A DNA stretch of 64,000 bases from an uncultured delta proteobacterium (GCA_963803975.1 CAWDOY010000053.1:89466-153465), one strand, 5' to 3'. Counted from the stretch's first letter, positions 10,019 to 21,267 are shown. The notes: generated by a model from the letters alone, not told the origin. Made by a program: numbers and translations.

Positions 10019-10873
10019 ATGTCTAAAAAAATTTTACTGACTGGCGCCGGCGGCATGCTGGCACAGGATGCCGTGGCGGTATTACAACCCTGTTTTGAAG
10101 TCATCCCCAGGCGGGAGAAGGAGCTTGACATCTGTAATTCTGAAGCAGTACATGCTGCCGTGTGCAGCCTCAAGCCCGATGTGGTGGTAAACTGTGCCGC
10201 CTATACCCTGGTGGATGCCTGTGAAACAGAACAGGAAAAGGCTTTCGCGGTCAATGCTATTGGCGTAAAAAATCTTGCACTGGCGTGCCGTCAGGCAGGA
10301 AGCCTGCTCGTGCATATCAGTACTGACTATGTTTTTGACGGAACAAAACAAACGCCGTACACGGAAACCGATATCCCTCATCCGCTGTCTGTATACGGGC
10401 AGTCAAAGCGTGCCGGGGAACAATATGTGCAGGAAATTTTAGAACAGTATGTCATTATACGAAGCTCCTGGCTCTACGGCAGAGGCGGCAATAATTTTAT
10501 CACAACCATTTTACGGCTGGCACAAGACAAAAAAGAGTTAAATGTGGTACATGATCAGCGCGGAAGTCCCACCTGGACCCGGGACCTTTCACGGGCTCTT
10601 AAAGCGCTGCTTGATAGTAACGCGCGCGGCATGTATCATGTGTGTAACCAGGGGAACTGTACGTGGTATGAATATGCACTCAGGATAGTGGAGCGCGCAG
10701 GCCTTGGGGTAACGGTGTGCCCCATGACGACCGATCAACTGCAGAGGCCGGCCCCGCGGCCGTCCTATTCAGTGTTGGATTGCAGCAGGTTTGTCCGTGA
10801 AACAGGTATGGCACTGCGGCACTGGGATACGGCGCTCGAAGAGTATATGCAGGGAGAACTACAGGAGGTTTAA
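10019..10873 (+). CDS. rfbD: dTDP-4-dehydrorhamnose reductase
   Basis: GAGGMLA, ISTDYVFDG, YGQSK, APRP. Confidence 0.93.
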   Translation: MSKKILLTGAGGMLAQDAVAVLQPCFEVIPRREKELDICNSEAVHAAVCSLKPDVVVNCAAYTLVDACETEQEKAFAVNAIGVKNLALACRQAGSLLVHISTDYVFDGTKQTPYTETDIPHPLSVYGQSKRAGEQYVQEILEQYVIIRSSWLYGRGGNNFITTILRLAQDKKELNVVHDQRGSPTWTRDLSRALKALLDSNARGMYHVCNQGNCTWYEYALRIVERAGLGVTVCPMTTDQLQRPAPRPSYSVLDCSRFVRETGMALRHWDTALEEYMQGELQEV

Positions 10874-12179
10874 ATGAATATCTGTATGATAGGCACCGGC
10901 TATGTGGGCCTTGTCACCGGAACATGTTTTTCAGAAACAGGCAATGATGTCACCTGTGTGGATATTGACCGCGAAAAGATTGCACTGCTCAATCAGGGCA
11001 AGGTTCCCATCTATGAACCGGGGCTGGATGAGATGATACGCCGCAACGTCGCTGAAGGCCGTCTTTTGTTTACCACTGATATTGGCAAAGCAGTGCAGGG
11101 AGCGCTCTTCATTTTTATTGCCGTGGGTACGCCTTCCGCGGATGATGGTTCTGCTGATCTGAGTTCGGTGTGGGCGGTTGCCCGTGAGATCGGGAAGAAT
11201 ATGAACGGCTATAAGATAGTGGTGACCAAAAGCACGGTGCCGGTTGGAACGACGGAACGGGTAAAGGCGATTATAGCCGGGGAAACCAATCAGACCTTTG
11301 ACGTTGCCTCTAACCCGGAGTTCCTGAAAGAAGGCGCGGCTATTGACGATTTCATGAAGCCGGACCGGGTTGTTTGCGGTACTGAAGGCCCGCGCGTTGC
11401 TGAACTCATGCAAGAGCTGTATGCGCCGTTTGTCAGGACCGGGAACCCGGTCCTGATCATGGATATACGCAGTTCCGAACTTACCAAATATGCAGCCAAT
11501 GCCATGCTCGCCACCCGCATTTCATTCATGAACGAAATGGCCAACCTGTGTGAGAAACTCGGAGCAGATGTTAATCTGGTGCGCCGGGGCATGGGCTCTG
11601 ATCCGCGCATTGGATCATCATTTCTGTTCCCCGGCGTGGGCTATGGGGGATCGTGTTTCCCCAAGGATGTCAAGGCCATCATAAAATTTGGCCTGGAAGC
11701 CGGCTATGACATGAAAATACTGCCTATGGTTGAAGAAGTGAATATGCTGCAAAAACGCCTGCTGGCTGACAAGGTGATTGCCTATTTCAAAGGGAATGTG
11801 AAGGGTAGAAAGATTGCCCTGTGGGGCCTTTCATTCAAGCCCAAGACTGATGATATGCGTGATGCGCCATCCCTCGTGATAATAGAGCGATTGCTTGAGG
11901 CTGGAGCAGTCATCGAGGCATTTGATCCGGTGGCGACACATGAGACGACAGAAGATTATTGGCGACCGGATCGGATACGGCATAAAAAATCAGGATGTTC
12001 TGAAAGACGCAGAGGCGCTGCTGGTAATAACTGAGTGGAATGAATTCCGCGAGCCGGACTTTGACAAAATTCGAGCCCTCATGAAAAGCCCTGTTATTTT
12101 TGACGGGCGCAATATTTATGATGGTAAAAAGCTTCAGGAAAAGGGTTTTCAGTATTTTGGACTAGGCATAAAACAGTAA
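10874..12179 (+). CDS. ugd: UDP-glucose 6-dehydrogenase (frameshift near 11940)
   Basis: GTGYVGL, SNPEFLKEG, GGSCFPKD; C-terminal TEWNEF and DGRNIY in ORF 11895-12179. Confidence 0.9.
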
Positions 12180-12200
12180 CTGAAGAGGAGAAAATATACA

Positions 12201-13139
12201 ATGCGTACCATGGTAACTGGCGGTGCAGGATTTCTGGGCAGTCACCTCTGTGACCGGCTCATCAAAGAAGGCCATGAAGTGATCTGCATGGACAATCTCA
12301 TCACCGGTGATACGGATAACATTGCTCACCTGTTGGGTAATCCAAAATTTAAGTTTATAAAACATGATGTCACCGAATATATCTTTATTGAAGGCCCGAT
12401 AGATAATATACTGCACTTTGCCTCACCCGCCAGTCCCATAGACTACCTGGAACTGCCGATACAGACCTTAAAGGTCGGGTCTCTCGGTACGCACAAGGCA
12501 CTGGGTCTGGCTAAAGAAAAACAGGCACGGTTTCTCCTGGCCTCTACCTCTGAAGTGTACGGTGACCCCCTGATTCATCCGCAGCCGGAAGACTACTATG
12601 GTAATGTGAACCCGATTGGCCCGCGGGGCGTGTATGATGAGGCAAAGCGTTTTGCCGAAGCATTGACCATGGCCTACCACCGCTATCATGGTGTTGCTAC
12701 GCGCATTGTGAGGATTTTTAATACCTATGGTCCGCGCATGCGGCTGAACGATGGCAGGGTGGTGCCGACCTTTCTCTATCAGGCACTCAAGGGGGAAGAT
12801 CTGACTATATTTGGTGATGGCTCTCAGACCAGAAGTTTTTGCTATGTGTCGGATCTGATAGAAGGGATTTGCCGGCTGCTGTTTTCTGCAATCAATGAGC
12901 CGGTCAATATTGGCAATCCCCATGAAATGACTATTATAGAATTTGCCCGGAAGATAGATGCGCTTGCCGGCGGTACTGGAAACATTGTGTTCAAACCACT
13001 TCCCCAGGATGACCCGAAGGTGAGGCAGCCGGACATTACCAGGGCCAGAGAATTACTGGGCTGGGCCCCCGCTGTTCAGCTTGATGAAGGGATACGGGAG
13101 ACATTGAACTTTTATAAGAAAAAGCTTAATATAAAATAG
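12201..13139 (+). CDS. uxs: UDP-glucuronate decarboxylase (UDP-xylose synthase)
   Basis: [41 protein letters not shown]. Confidence 0.88.
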   Translation: MRTMVTGGAGFLGSHLCDRLIKEGHEVICMDNLITGDTDNIAHLLGNPKFKFIKHDVTEYIFIEGPIDNILHFASPASPIDYLELPIQTLKVGSLGTHKALGLAKEKQARFLLASTSEVYGDPLIHPQPEDYYGNVNPIGPRGVYDEAKRFAEALTMAYHRYHGVATRIVRIFNTYGPRMRLNDGRVVPTFLYQALKGEDLTIFGDGSQTRSFCYVSDLIEGICRLLFSAINEPVNIGNPHEMTIIEFARKIDALAGGTGNIVFKPLPQDDPKVRQPDITRARELLGWAPAVQLDEGIRETLNFYKKKLNIK

Positions 13140-13430
13140 GGCCCCTGTTTTAACCTGGCTATTGTTTTCACCTGGTGAAAGATTGTGTAACCTTGGCAGC
13201 GTGTGCGTGTTTTAATTTCTACATGCAGCGCCGTTTCCGCGCCCATTCAGGAATAGAATGTCAGGTGGTTACTATAAGCCGGCGGGAGAATGTTTTGGCG
13301 CAAACGAGCCGGTGCTGACGTAATGCCAGATAGTATTATCCGCTGCCTGTCGCACCGTAACCCATCCTAACCCTTTAATATGCTTAATGAACTTTATTGA
13401 CTGCCAGCAAATCAGCAACAACCTAAAGCT

Positions 13431-13446
13431 TGGCATTGTGCTTGCA
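13431..13446 (+). promoter_or_regulatory. sigma54 (-24/-12) promoter
   Basis: TGGCATTGTGCTTGCA, GG-N10-GC spacing, ~50 bp upstream of ORF 13498. Confidence 0.65.
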
Positions 13447-13497
13447 AACTTACTGTAAAATGATTTATAATCATAATTATTAATCTGAAGGCATATA

Positions 13498-13830
13498 ATG
13501 GAACAAGGCAACTACAGCCCTCGTTTGACTTTTATTATACTTATTGCTCTTATTATAGGGCAGGTATTCATTTTCAATTATTTGAAAAATGATTTTGACA
13601 AGCAGATAACAGCATGCTACGAGGCAATTAATACCAGCAGCATCATTCAGGGTGCATTGGTAAATATACTGGTCAAAAAAAATATTATTAACCGCGATGA
13701 GCTTATGAAGGAAGCAGGCAATCTTTCGACTAATCTTCAGGCATTGATGGAAAAGATGAAGGATGCAAAAACCCCGGATAAGGGTTTGGTAAAGGATGAT
13801 AAAGAACAACCGGAAAAAGCTGTTAAATAA
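13498..13830 (+). CDS. hypothetical membrane-anchored protein
   Basis: 110 aa, N-terminal hydrophobic helix. Confidence 0.65.
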   Translation: MEQGNYSPRLTFIILIALIIGQVFIFNYLKNDFDKQITACYEAINTSSIIQGALVNILVKKNIINRDELMKEAGNLSTNLQALMEKMKDAKTPDKGLVKDDKEQPEKAVK

Positions 13831-13844
13831 ATAAGGAGGTATGT

Positions 13845-14273
13845 ATGAACAAAAAAAGAATGTCGATTACGCTGTGCGGTATGCTTCTCGTGAGTGGCTT
13901 ATTCATAAGCACTGCCCGCGCTGAAAACAGTATCGGAACAAATAATGTTACCGGCAATGAATATGTCTGCTTCTTCGCCAGCTCAGTTGATATTTTCAGC
14001 TCACAGGTTGCATTCAGCGAAACCGGCGGTCTTACGATTTCCAGCTTCGGCGGCTACGGATTTTACATCACGGTCACCAACCTGTTTACCGGCGCGTATA
14101 TATCGCTGAATGCCCGTATTGGAACCCGCACCGGGGACATTATTATGCTGCTGGTCGGCTCCACGTTTGAACCAACGCCGTTTATTGCAGGAACCGGCAT
14201 TATACTCCTGGAATATTCTGAAATTATCCCGCTTGTTTTTACCGGCTTTGCAACCGAACAGACGACGGAATAA
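13845..14273 (+). CDS. hypothetical secreted protein
   Basis: RBS aggagg; signal peptide ending ARA|E; beta-rich composition. Confidence 0.7.
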   Translation: MNKKRMSITLCGMLLVSGLFISTARAENSIGTNNVTGNEYVCFFASSVDIFSSQVAFSETGGLTISSFGGYGFYITVTNLFTGAYISLNARIGTRTGDIIMLLVGSTFEPTPFIAGTGIILLEYSEIIPLVFTGFATEQTTE

Positions 14274-14343
14274 AGCGGGAGTTTTAACGGAAAATAAAAA
14301 AAATAATAGACAGACTGCGATGCATAGTGTAATCTTAAAACTT

Positions 14344-14421
14344 CGGGGAGTAGCGCAGTCTGGTTAGCGCGCATGCTTCGGGAGCATGAGGTCGGGGGTT
14401 CAAATCCCCCCTTCCCGACCA
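14344..14421 (+). tRNA. tRNA-Pro (anticodon CGG)
   Basis: Cloverleaf: acceptor cggggag/cttcccg, anticodon stem catgc/gcatg with loop ttCGGga, T-loop ttcaaat, 3' CCA. Confidence 0.97.
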
Positions 14422-14473
14422 GGAATATAAGTTTATTCAGTAAATTTTACTAGCTGGAATCCACAAGAAATCA

Positions 14474-14516
14474 TAAGAGCAGTGCTGATTTGAATCGGTG
14501 TTGCTCTTATTTTTTT
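14474..14516 (+). terminator. intrinsic terminator after tRNA
   Basis: taagagcagtgc...gtgttgctctta stem followed by a T run. Confidence 0.6.
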
Positions 14517-15113
14517 GCTCATCTCCCGAACCTCTCCCGCATTGCCTTCATTTTATTTATGTGGGTATATCTCTTTGTAGTCTGTACTTACTTGTGCCCC
14601 ATCATGCTGCCCACTAAATCAATCGGTATCCCTTCCCCAACTGATTGAGTCGCAAAAGAATGACGGCTTCTTTGCTTAATGCCCGTGCACCTTTCATAAC
14701 GCTCTTTTCTTCTGTAACTATTTGTTTGACATTATTTTGCCTGACGATATAAAATTTTAAATTCATGCTATAGTCTATTTAATGATATATTATGTATATC
14801 AAATGATAAACAATACTTAACATAAATATAATTCTTTAAGCACATTTTATGAGAAAGTAACCAGGCCAGGAAAAGCAAGATAAAAATAATAAAATGATAG
14901 CGGTGAGAATGAGTCCCAGGGCTTTACAGTTATTAGGGGAATTTACAGAGCGGTACCACGGTATGTCGCAAGCGGGGATACGGGAAATGGGATTAATTCA
15001 TTTTAAAAAGGCTTCGGATGAAGAATTGAAGGAATTGGTTTTTGAGTTTATAAAGGGATCAAAGTAATAACAAATTTTACAGGCAAGACGTATAGCCTAT
15101 TAAGGGGTGTTTT

Positions 15114-17323
15114 ATGAGAAAACCGCGCATGCCTTCTTATAAATCAAGTTTTATAATCGCCCTTCTATTCTTCTCTTTTTTCAATACCGCCAAGGCCCTT
15201 GCAGAAGATAATCAATTCAAGGTGCAGGATGAGAGCATCTGCAAAATAACCCGCGTTCTATCTGAAGATGTAGCCTCTGATCTTATAAAAATGCAGGCAG
15301 ATACTGGTAATAAAAAGTCGATTTCTCACCATTAACAAAGCTGTACCTGATGTGAGAGATAAGGTTGTAGTAATCGGCAGCCCTAATGGGCTTGCAGGTA
15401 TGGTTTTAGACAACGCAGTATCTGCAGCAAATGATCTCCCGGGCTTTGGCAGCATCATACAGACTACGGCCCCTGTTTCCCCCGGCTCAAGCGCCAGTCC
15501 GGTGTTGAATATGAAGGGTGAAGTAGTGGGCGTGTCAATCGCGCAGATGCGGGAAGGACAGAATCTGAATGTTATAGTGCCCGCGGCGAAAAACGATGGA
15601 CTAAAGGAGAAAAAGCAGGCCACAGCAATTAGCACAAAGAAAAAGGCTGAAACACAGACTGCTGATATCTATTCAACGGCATTATTTTATTACGTTAAAG
15701 AAAATTACCAGAAAGCGCTGTCTTTATTCAATCAGTATCTTCAAACCCATACTAATTCTGCTGATGCGTGGTTTTATGCTGGTATCTGCTACGCCAAATC
15801 AGGTAGGCATCAGGAAGCAATCCAGGCTTTCAAGGAGGCCATCAGGCTGAAGCCGGATTATATTGATGCGCACTACAACCTGGGGGCTGAGTACAGTAAC
15901 TTAGACCGTAATCAGGAAGCAATCCAGGCTTATAAGGAGGCTATCAGGCTGAAGCCGGATGATGCTATGGCACACAACAACCTGGGGGTTGAGTGCGGTG
16001 AATCAGGGAGTTATCAGGAAGCAATAGAGGCTTATAAGGAGGCCATCAGGCTGAAGCCGGATTATGCGATGGCGCACTATAATCTGGGAATTGCGTACGC
16101 CAACTCAGGCAGTTATCAGGAAGCAATCGAGGCTTATAAGGAGGCTATCAGGCTGAAGCCGGATTTTGTTGAGGCACACTACAACCTGGGAATTGCGTAC
16201 GCCAAATCAGGCAGGCATCAGGAAGCAATAGAGTCTTATAAGGAGGCCATCAGGCTGAAGCCGGATTTTGTTGAGGCACACTACAACCTGGGGATTGCGT
16301 ACGCCAAATCAGGTAGTCATCAGGAAGCAATCCAGGCTTTTAAGGAGGCCATCAGGCTGAAGCCGGATTATATTGATGCGCACTACAATCTGGGGGCTGA
16401 GTACAGTAACTTAGACCGTAATCAGGAAGCAATCGCGGCTTATAAGGAGGCTATCAGGCTGAAGCCGGATGATGCTATGGCGCACAACAACCTGGGGGTT
16501 ACGTACGGTAAGTTAGGCAGTTATCAGGAAGCAATCGAGGCTTATAAGGAGGCCATCAGGCTGAAGCCGGATGATGCTATGGCACACAACAACCTGGGGG
16601 TTATGTGCGGTAAGTTAGGCCGCTATCAGGAAGCAATAGAGGCTTATAAGGAGGCCATCAGGCTGAAGCCGGATTATGCTGAGGCGCACAACAACCAGGG
16701 GACTGCTTACGACGATTTAGGCCGTTATCAGGAAGCAATCGCGGCTTATAGGGAGGCTATCAGGCTGAAGCCGGATGATGCTATGGCACATAACAACCTG
16801 GGGGTTACGTACGGTAAGTTAGGCCGTTATCAGGAAGCAATCGAGGCTTACAAACAGGCTATCAGGCTGAAGCCGGATTATGCGATGGCGCACTACAACC
16901 TGGGAATTGCGTACGCCAACTCAGGGAGTTATCAGGAAGCAATCCAGGCTTACAAGGAGGCCATCAGGCTGAAGCCGGATTATGCGATGGCGCACTACAA
17001 CCTGGGAATTGCGTACGCCAACTCAGGGAGTTATCAGGAAGCAATAGAGGCTTGCAAGGAGGCCATCAGGCTGAAGCCGGATTATGCTGAGGCGCACAAC
17101 AACATGGGGACTGCTTACGACGATTCAGGCCGTTATCAGGAAGCAATCGCAGGCTTACAAACAGGCTATCAGGCTGAAGCCGGATGATGCGATAGCACAC
17201 TACAACCTGGGGGTTGCATATTTAAAAATAAGTGATAAGGGTCGTGCTCTTGAAGAATACAGGATTTTAAAAAATCTCGATGCCGAGCAGGCAAAGAAAT
17301 TATTTAATTTCATCAATAAGTAG
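15114..17323 (+). CDS. secreted degenerate trypsin-like domain + TPR-repeat protein (frameshifts near 15330 and 17150)
   Basis: Signal peptide in 15114-15335; IQTTAPVSPGSSASPVLNMKGEVVGV; 14 near-identical 34-aa TPRs. Confidence 0.8.
15800..17225 (+). repeat. tandem 102 bp TPR-coding repeats (14 copies of the IRLKPD core)
   Basis: Core atcaggctgaagccggat recurs every 102 bp. Confidence 0.95.
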
Positions 17324-17331
17324 GTTTAATG

Positions 17332-17858
17332 TTAGGTGGCACAGATGAATCGGGCGACGATACTTCAAGGCTTAGCGGACCTGGTCCTTCTGTTGCATGT
17401 GCTATTCGTTGTGTTCGTGGTTGGTGGTCTTTTCCTGATTTTTCTTGGCGGAGTGCGTAAATGGCGTTGGGTGCGCAAGCCATGGTTCCGTCTTGCGCAT
17501 ATTCTGGCGATAGGTGTCGTTGTCGTCCAATCATGGTTCGCCGTCATATGCCCGCTCACAACGACTCGAAAACGCCTTGCGGGCGCAAGCCGGTGGCACG
17601 GTGTACGAAGGCAGCTTTATTGCGCATTGGTTGCAGGCCATTCTCTACTACAACGCGCCGGCTTGGGCGTTTGCCGTCTGTTACACGGTTTTTGGGGCGC
17701 TGGTATTAGCAAGCTGGGCTATAGTCCGGCCCATGCCCTTCAGCAAGCGAAATAGTTTCAATGCCACCTAACCCGGCGTTCACACGGACAGGCTTACCCG
17801 TCACGCCTGTTGCGGGTCAAAGGTCGCGCCGGGTTGGCGCCTGCCGCTTAACTCCACG
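17332..17858 (+). mobile_element. orphan integron gene cassette (DUF2784 gene + attC)
   Basis: Upstream core G|TTAGGTGGC (17331-17340) is the exact reverse complement of GCCACCTAAC (17763-17772) at the stop codon; attC-like hairpin ends at GTT 17858-17860. Confidence 0.75.
17346..17771 (+). CDS. DUF2784-family membrane protein (frameshift near 17560)
   Basis: LADLVLLLHVLFVVFVVGG, RLAH, CPLT, then SFIAHWL...YY..P.W.F...YT.FG in the shifted frame. Confidence 0.8.
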
Positions 17859-18752
17859 TTTATATGTATACGTGGGGAAGTCAGATTAAATCTCAGGGTT
17901 TAAACTAATGGAGGGCCATTTTTATAGAGTGACGAAACACAAAATTGAAAATACAATTTATGACGGCATTGAAGCCATACGGCCTTGCCGGACAAGTAAG
18001 GAGCGTATTTTTCTTTTTGCGTGAAGGGAATATTTTTAATGAAATGTACTGCCGGCAGATGGTAAGTTTTTGCTGAGAGGGGTTACGGAATCTGGTTTCT
18101 TCACGAGAGTTTGAAAAAAAGAGTGAATTACTTCGCAGCAGAGCTGCGAGGCATAAAAAATTAAAAGACAACTGCTTTATTATTCTCTTTTGGTTTCAGT
18201 ATTAGGCTTTGTGTCCGCGTTCCAGCGCTAAATTAGTCATTTGGGCAACAGCCCGTCAAGCCCTGACCCTTTGCTTTCCTCTAAATTAAGATTGAAATCA
18301 TCTGAATAACGATAAACCAAAGAAAAAGAGAAATTGGTAATGCCCATACTATAGATGCATAAAATAAGTTCATTTCCGTTACTCCTTTCTTGTGCTTCTA
18401 TGCCCTTTTAAAAAGAAGCCTCTACTTTTTCACCCTTATTTTCGGAATCTGTTTCTTGGAAACTTGATGAAATTAATTTCAGGATTCATGCCAACAGGCA
18501 TAGCTGCTGCGTTGAATTTTAACCTGCTGAAAATACATTTTATTTTCTGCGGTATGGTAAGCAGCTATTTGCAGAATGTTGTGCATTGCAGAACGACTGT
18601 CATGAAAACTGCGACACTTTTGTAATACTACTGCTTATAATCTATCCTGGGTTTCGCTGTCAGCACTCTGTTGCACTGTTATCTCTACTGCCCGCAGATT
18701 GTTAGCGTCGCAGAGAATGATCCGGGGATTTGCTTCACACCACGAATGGCTG

Positions 18753-18791
18753 AAAAAAAGCCCTCACCGGATGGGTAGCCGGGTAGGGCTT
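18753..18791 (-). terminator. intrinsic terminator downstream of the small peptide gene
   Basis: aagccct..ccgg/ccgg..agggctt stem with an A7 tract (T7 on minus strand). Confidence 0.65.
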
Positions 18792-18867
18792 ATTTCAAAG
18801 AAAGGAGTGAAGGTGTATCTATATATGTGAACCGCTTTTTAGTTTTTAAGAAGCGGGGGCGTGCAGC

Positions 18868-19057
18868 TTAATGCCTGCCATGACCGCTGCCATGCCTGTG
18901 CCCAAGTCCGTGTATATCGCCAAAACATGGGGAGCCGGCGGTGTTTGCCGGTCCTATGAATATCAAGTATCTCATCCTCAGTATAGGTCACAATTCTTGG
19001 TCTTTCATACTGCTTATTTTCTTTGCTACTCTTATCTACCTCTTTTTCTTTTCTCAT
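18868..19057 (-). CDS. putative RiPP-like precursor peptide (one extra base near 18958)
   Basis: Leader YERPRIVTYTEDEILD; removing one base gives ...IIGPANTAGSPCFGDIHGLGHRHGSGHGRH*; RBS gagg; downstream terminator. Confidence 0.5.
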
Positions 19058-19684
19058 TTTGCCTCTTCGTTAATCAGGCTGTTGCTCCAGGGATAATTCC
19101 CTGGAGCAACGCCCGATTAAGAGATTCTATACTGCCTGCATGAACCAACAGCGTGGGAGGGGGGCAGCCACTGGACTCTTGCTGCAGTATAGATTCAACA
19201 GTATTTGCTTATAAAGGTTATCAAGGATTATGCCAAATGCAGTGCAGCTGCGCAGTCTTCCACGAGATATAAAATAAGAAATGCTATTTTAAATGGTTAG
19301 CAGTGTTTCGGGAAAGCTGTGCAATGCCGGGCACGATGCTCATGTCATGCAGCATGGTTTGATTGAGCCAGAGAATATCTGCCCTGCAAATGCTTCTGGC
19401 GCACTCTAACCAGTATAAGAAAAACCAGGAAGTACAGGAAGAGGGTAGCAGGGGCAGCTGTAAAGCGATTTTACCGGCTTTGCATGCCCGGTATTTATCG
19501 ATTATTGCCGATTTGATTTTTACAAAATCATATGTTAATGCTGGTTCTCATAACTTCCCGGCACAGATGACTTTAAAAGCATAGGGAACTTAAAAATCGA
19601 AAAATCCCCTCTGACGTTTTGAGTTCCAGGGCCAGAGTGACTGGTAAGTATTCAGTAAGACGTACCGGTTGTATGGAGGGGACT

Positions 19685-20360
19685 GTGAAAATAAAACGAA
19701 CCGCTTTGTGCCGCCGTTGTCTGCAGGTCGGATTATCTGTTATTTAATCCGGCTGCACGGTGGTGCGCTGAAGATGATGCAGGGTTGACGCAGCGGCAGA
19801 ACCGGATGCAGCGATGACATCCTGCGGACAATACCAGACAGGAAGGCTGCCGCGGTCCGGCTGCAGATGAAAAAGGTGTGCAGCACGATGCGGCAGAATG
19901 CGGACAGCTCAAATGTACAAAAACTGATCTCATTGAGGCAGAGGTGACGGCAGTTCTGAGCCCCAATGAAATTGAAGTGAATATGCTGGGCAAAAAACAG
20001 GTGATTAAACTTGCCGGGGTAAAGGACTGTCCGTGTGATTTTAACGAGCAGGCAACTAAAATGGCCCATGCGGAGACCAAGGCATCAAAAGGCTACAAAG
20101 TGGTTGATGCCGGCACCATTGTAAGCAGATGCAGGGGGATAAAAGATTTATTAAGTGATTCCATTGACGACGTGGTGCAGGTTAAACTTTCAGGCACGCG
20201 CAGGGATTCTTCCGGCAGATTAACCGGGATTGTCTGGAATAAGGGGAAATCAAAGACACTCAACGATACGGTGCAGTCATATGCGCAAAAGCAGGACGCG
20301 AGTGAAAAGAAAAAAGATCAGCATCACTCGTACAAGAAATTCCACTCTCAAAACAAATAA
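19685..20360 (+). CDS. hypothetical secreted protein with SNase/thermonuclease-like OB fold (5' part frameshifted)
   Basis: VTAVLSPNEIEV..IKLAGV..P and RDSSGRLTGIVW resemble the SNase scaffold without canonical catalytic residues; RBS ggagg before GTG 19685. Confidence 0.5.
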
Positions 20361-20386
20361 TCCCTCTGCTACGGCCTGCTGTTGCC

Positions 20387-21267
20387 TCAGACCCGCAGTC
20401 CTTCCACGCCGTATTGTTTAATCAGGTTATGAAACGACAGTTCCCTTTCGTGCAGCGGGGCTTGTTTATAGAGGGTCAGCGCCGTTTCAAGAATCTGCAG
20501 CACGCCCGTGACATCAGTGCATTCAGTTACCGTGCGTGCGATCTGCGGGTGGCGTGAGCCGCAGCCGCCGACAACGACCTTGTAGCATTTCTGGTCAAGG
20601 GCCAGCGCATCCACCGGACAAACTTTCACGCATCCGCCGCAGCGGACACATTTCTCGATAATCAATGACCGGTTCATCCGGACATCAAGGCTGATGGCCC
20701 CTTCGGTGCAGTAGGTGACGCAGGCACCGCAGCGTACACAGGTGTCATTGTCAAGGCCGCGGCCTATAGTTGCAGATGATTCCGAAGTCAGAAAAATACG
20801 GTGACAGGCAGCAGTTCGGGCAGCCGATAATGGCGATGGTAAAGGAATGATGGGACATGAGCGGCGGAGTATGATTTGTCCATTATTATCTGCGTGATGT
20901 TCAACTCCTTTAGCTTTTTTCGCAGCGGGATTAATATGTCCCGCATCAGGTCGCGCTTCTCAGCAGTGCAGGCGCCGTATTTTGCAGGGCAGAGATTGAT
21001 GGAATAAAGCTCATCCGGGTCTTCCTGGTAAAACTCATCCGGCAGCCCCGCGTCTTTTCCCTCGCTCATTGCCTTGATGGTCTCAACGGCTTCAGTGCCG
21101 AATGCCTGCAGATATCCTTTTTCAGTTTCCAGCACGATATCAGTTGTCACTTCCTCCAGCCCTTTGCGCTGTGCCCGCATCTCAGCATCAAGCTTCGCAT
21201 AGCGGGCCATGACCGGCGGCACCGGCACTGCTTCAAGTCTATCTAATGCTTTCTGATTCCATTTCAT
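20387..21267 (-). CDS. Fe-S protein: PCP_red-like N-terminus + nitrite/sulfite-reductase 4Fe-4S-like domain + 2x[4Fe-4S] (frameshifted)
   Basis: MKWNQKALDRLEAVP..; two CxxCxxCxxxC motifs (CVRCGAC.., CVRCGGCVKVCP); GGCGSRHP. Confidence 0.7.

Noticed and set aside
15800..17225. CRISPR array or DGR template/variable repeats
   Set aside because: Units are in-frame 34-aa TPRs with no unique spacers; differences are not adenine-specific; no cas or reverse transcriptase gene is present.
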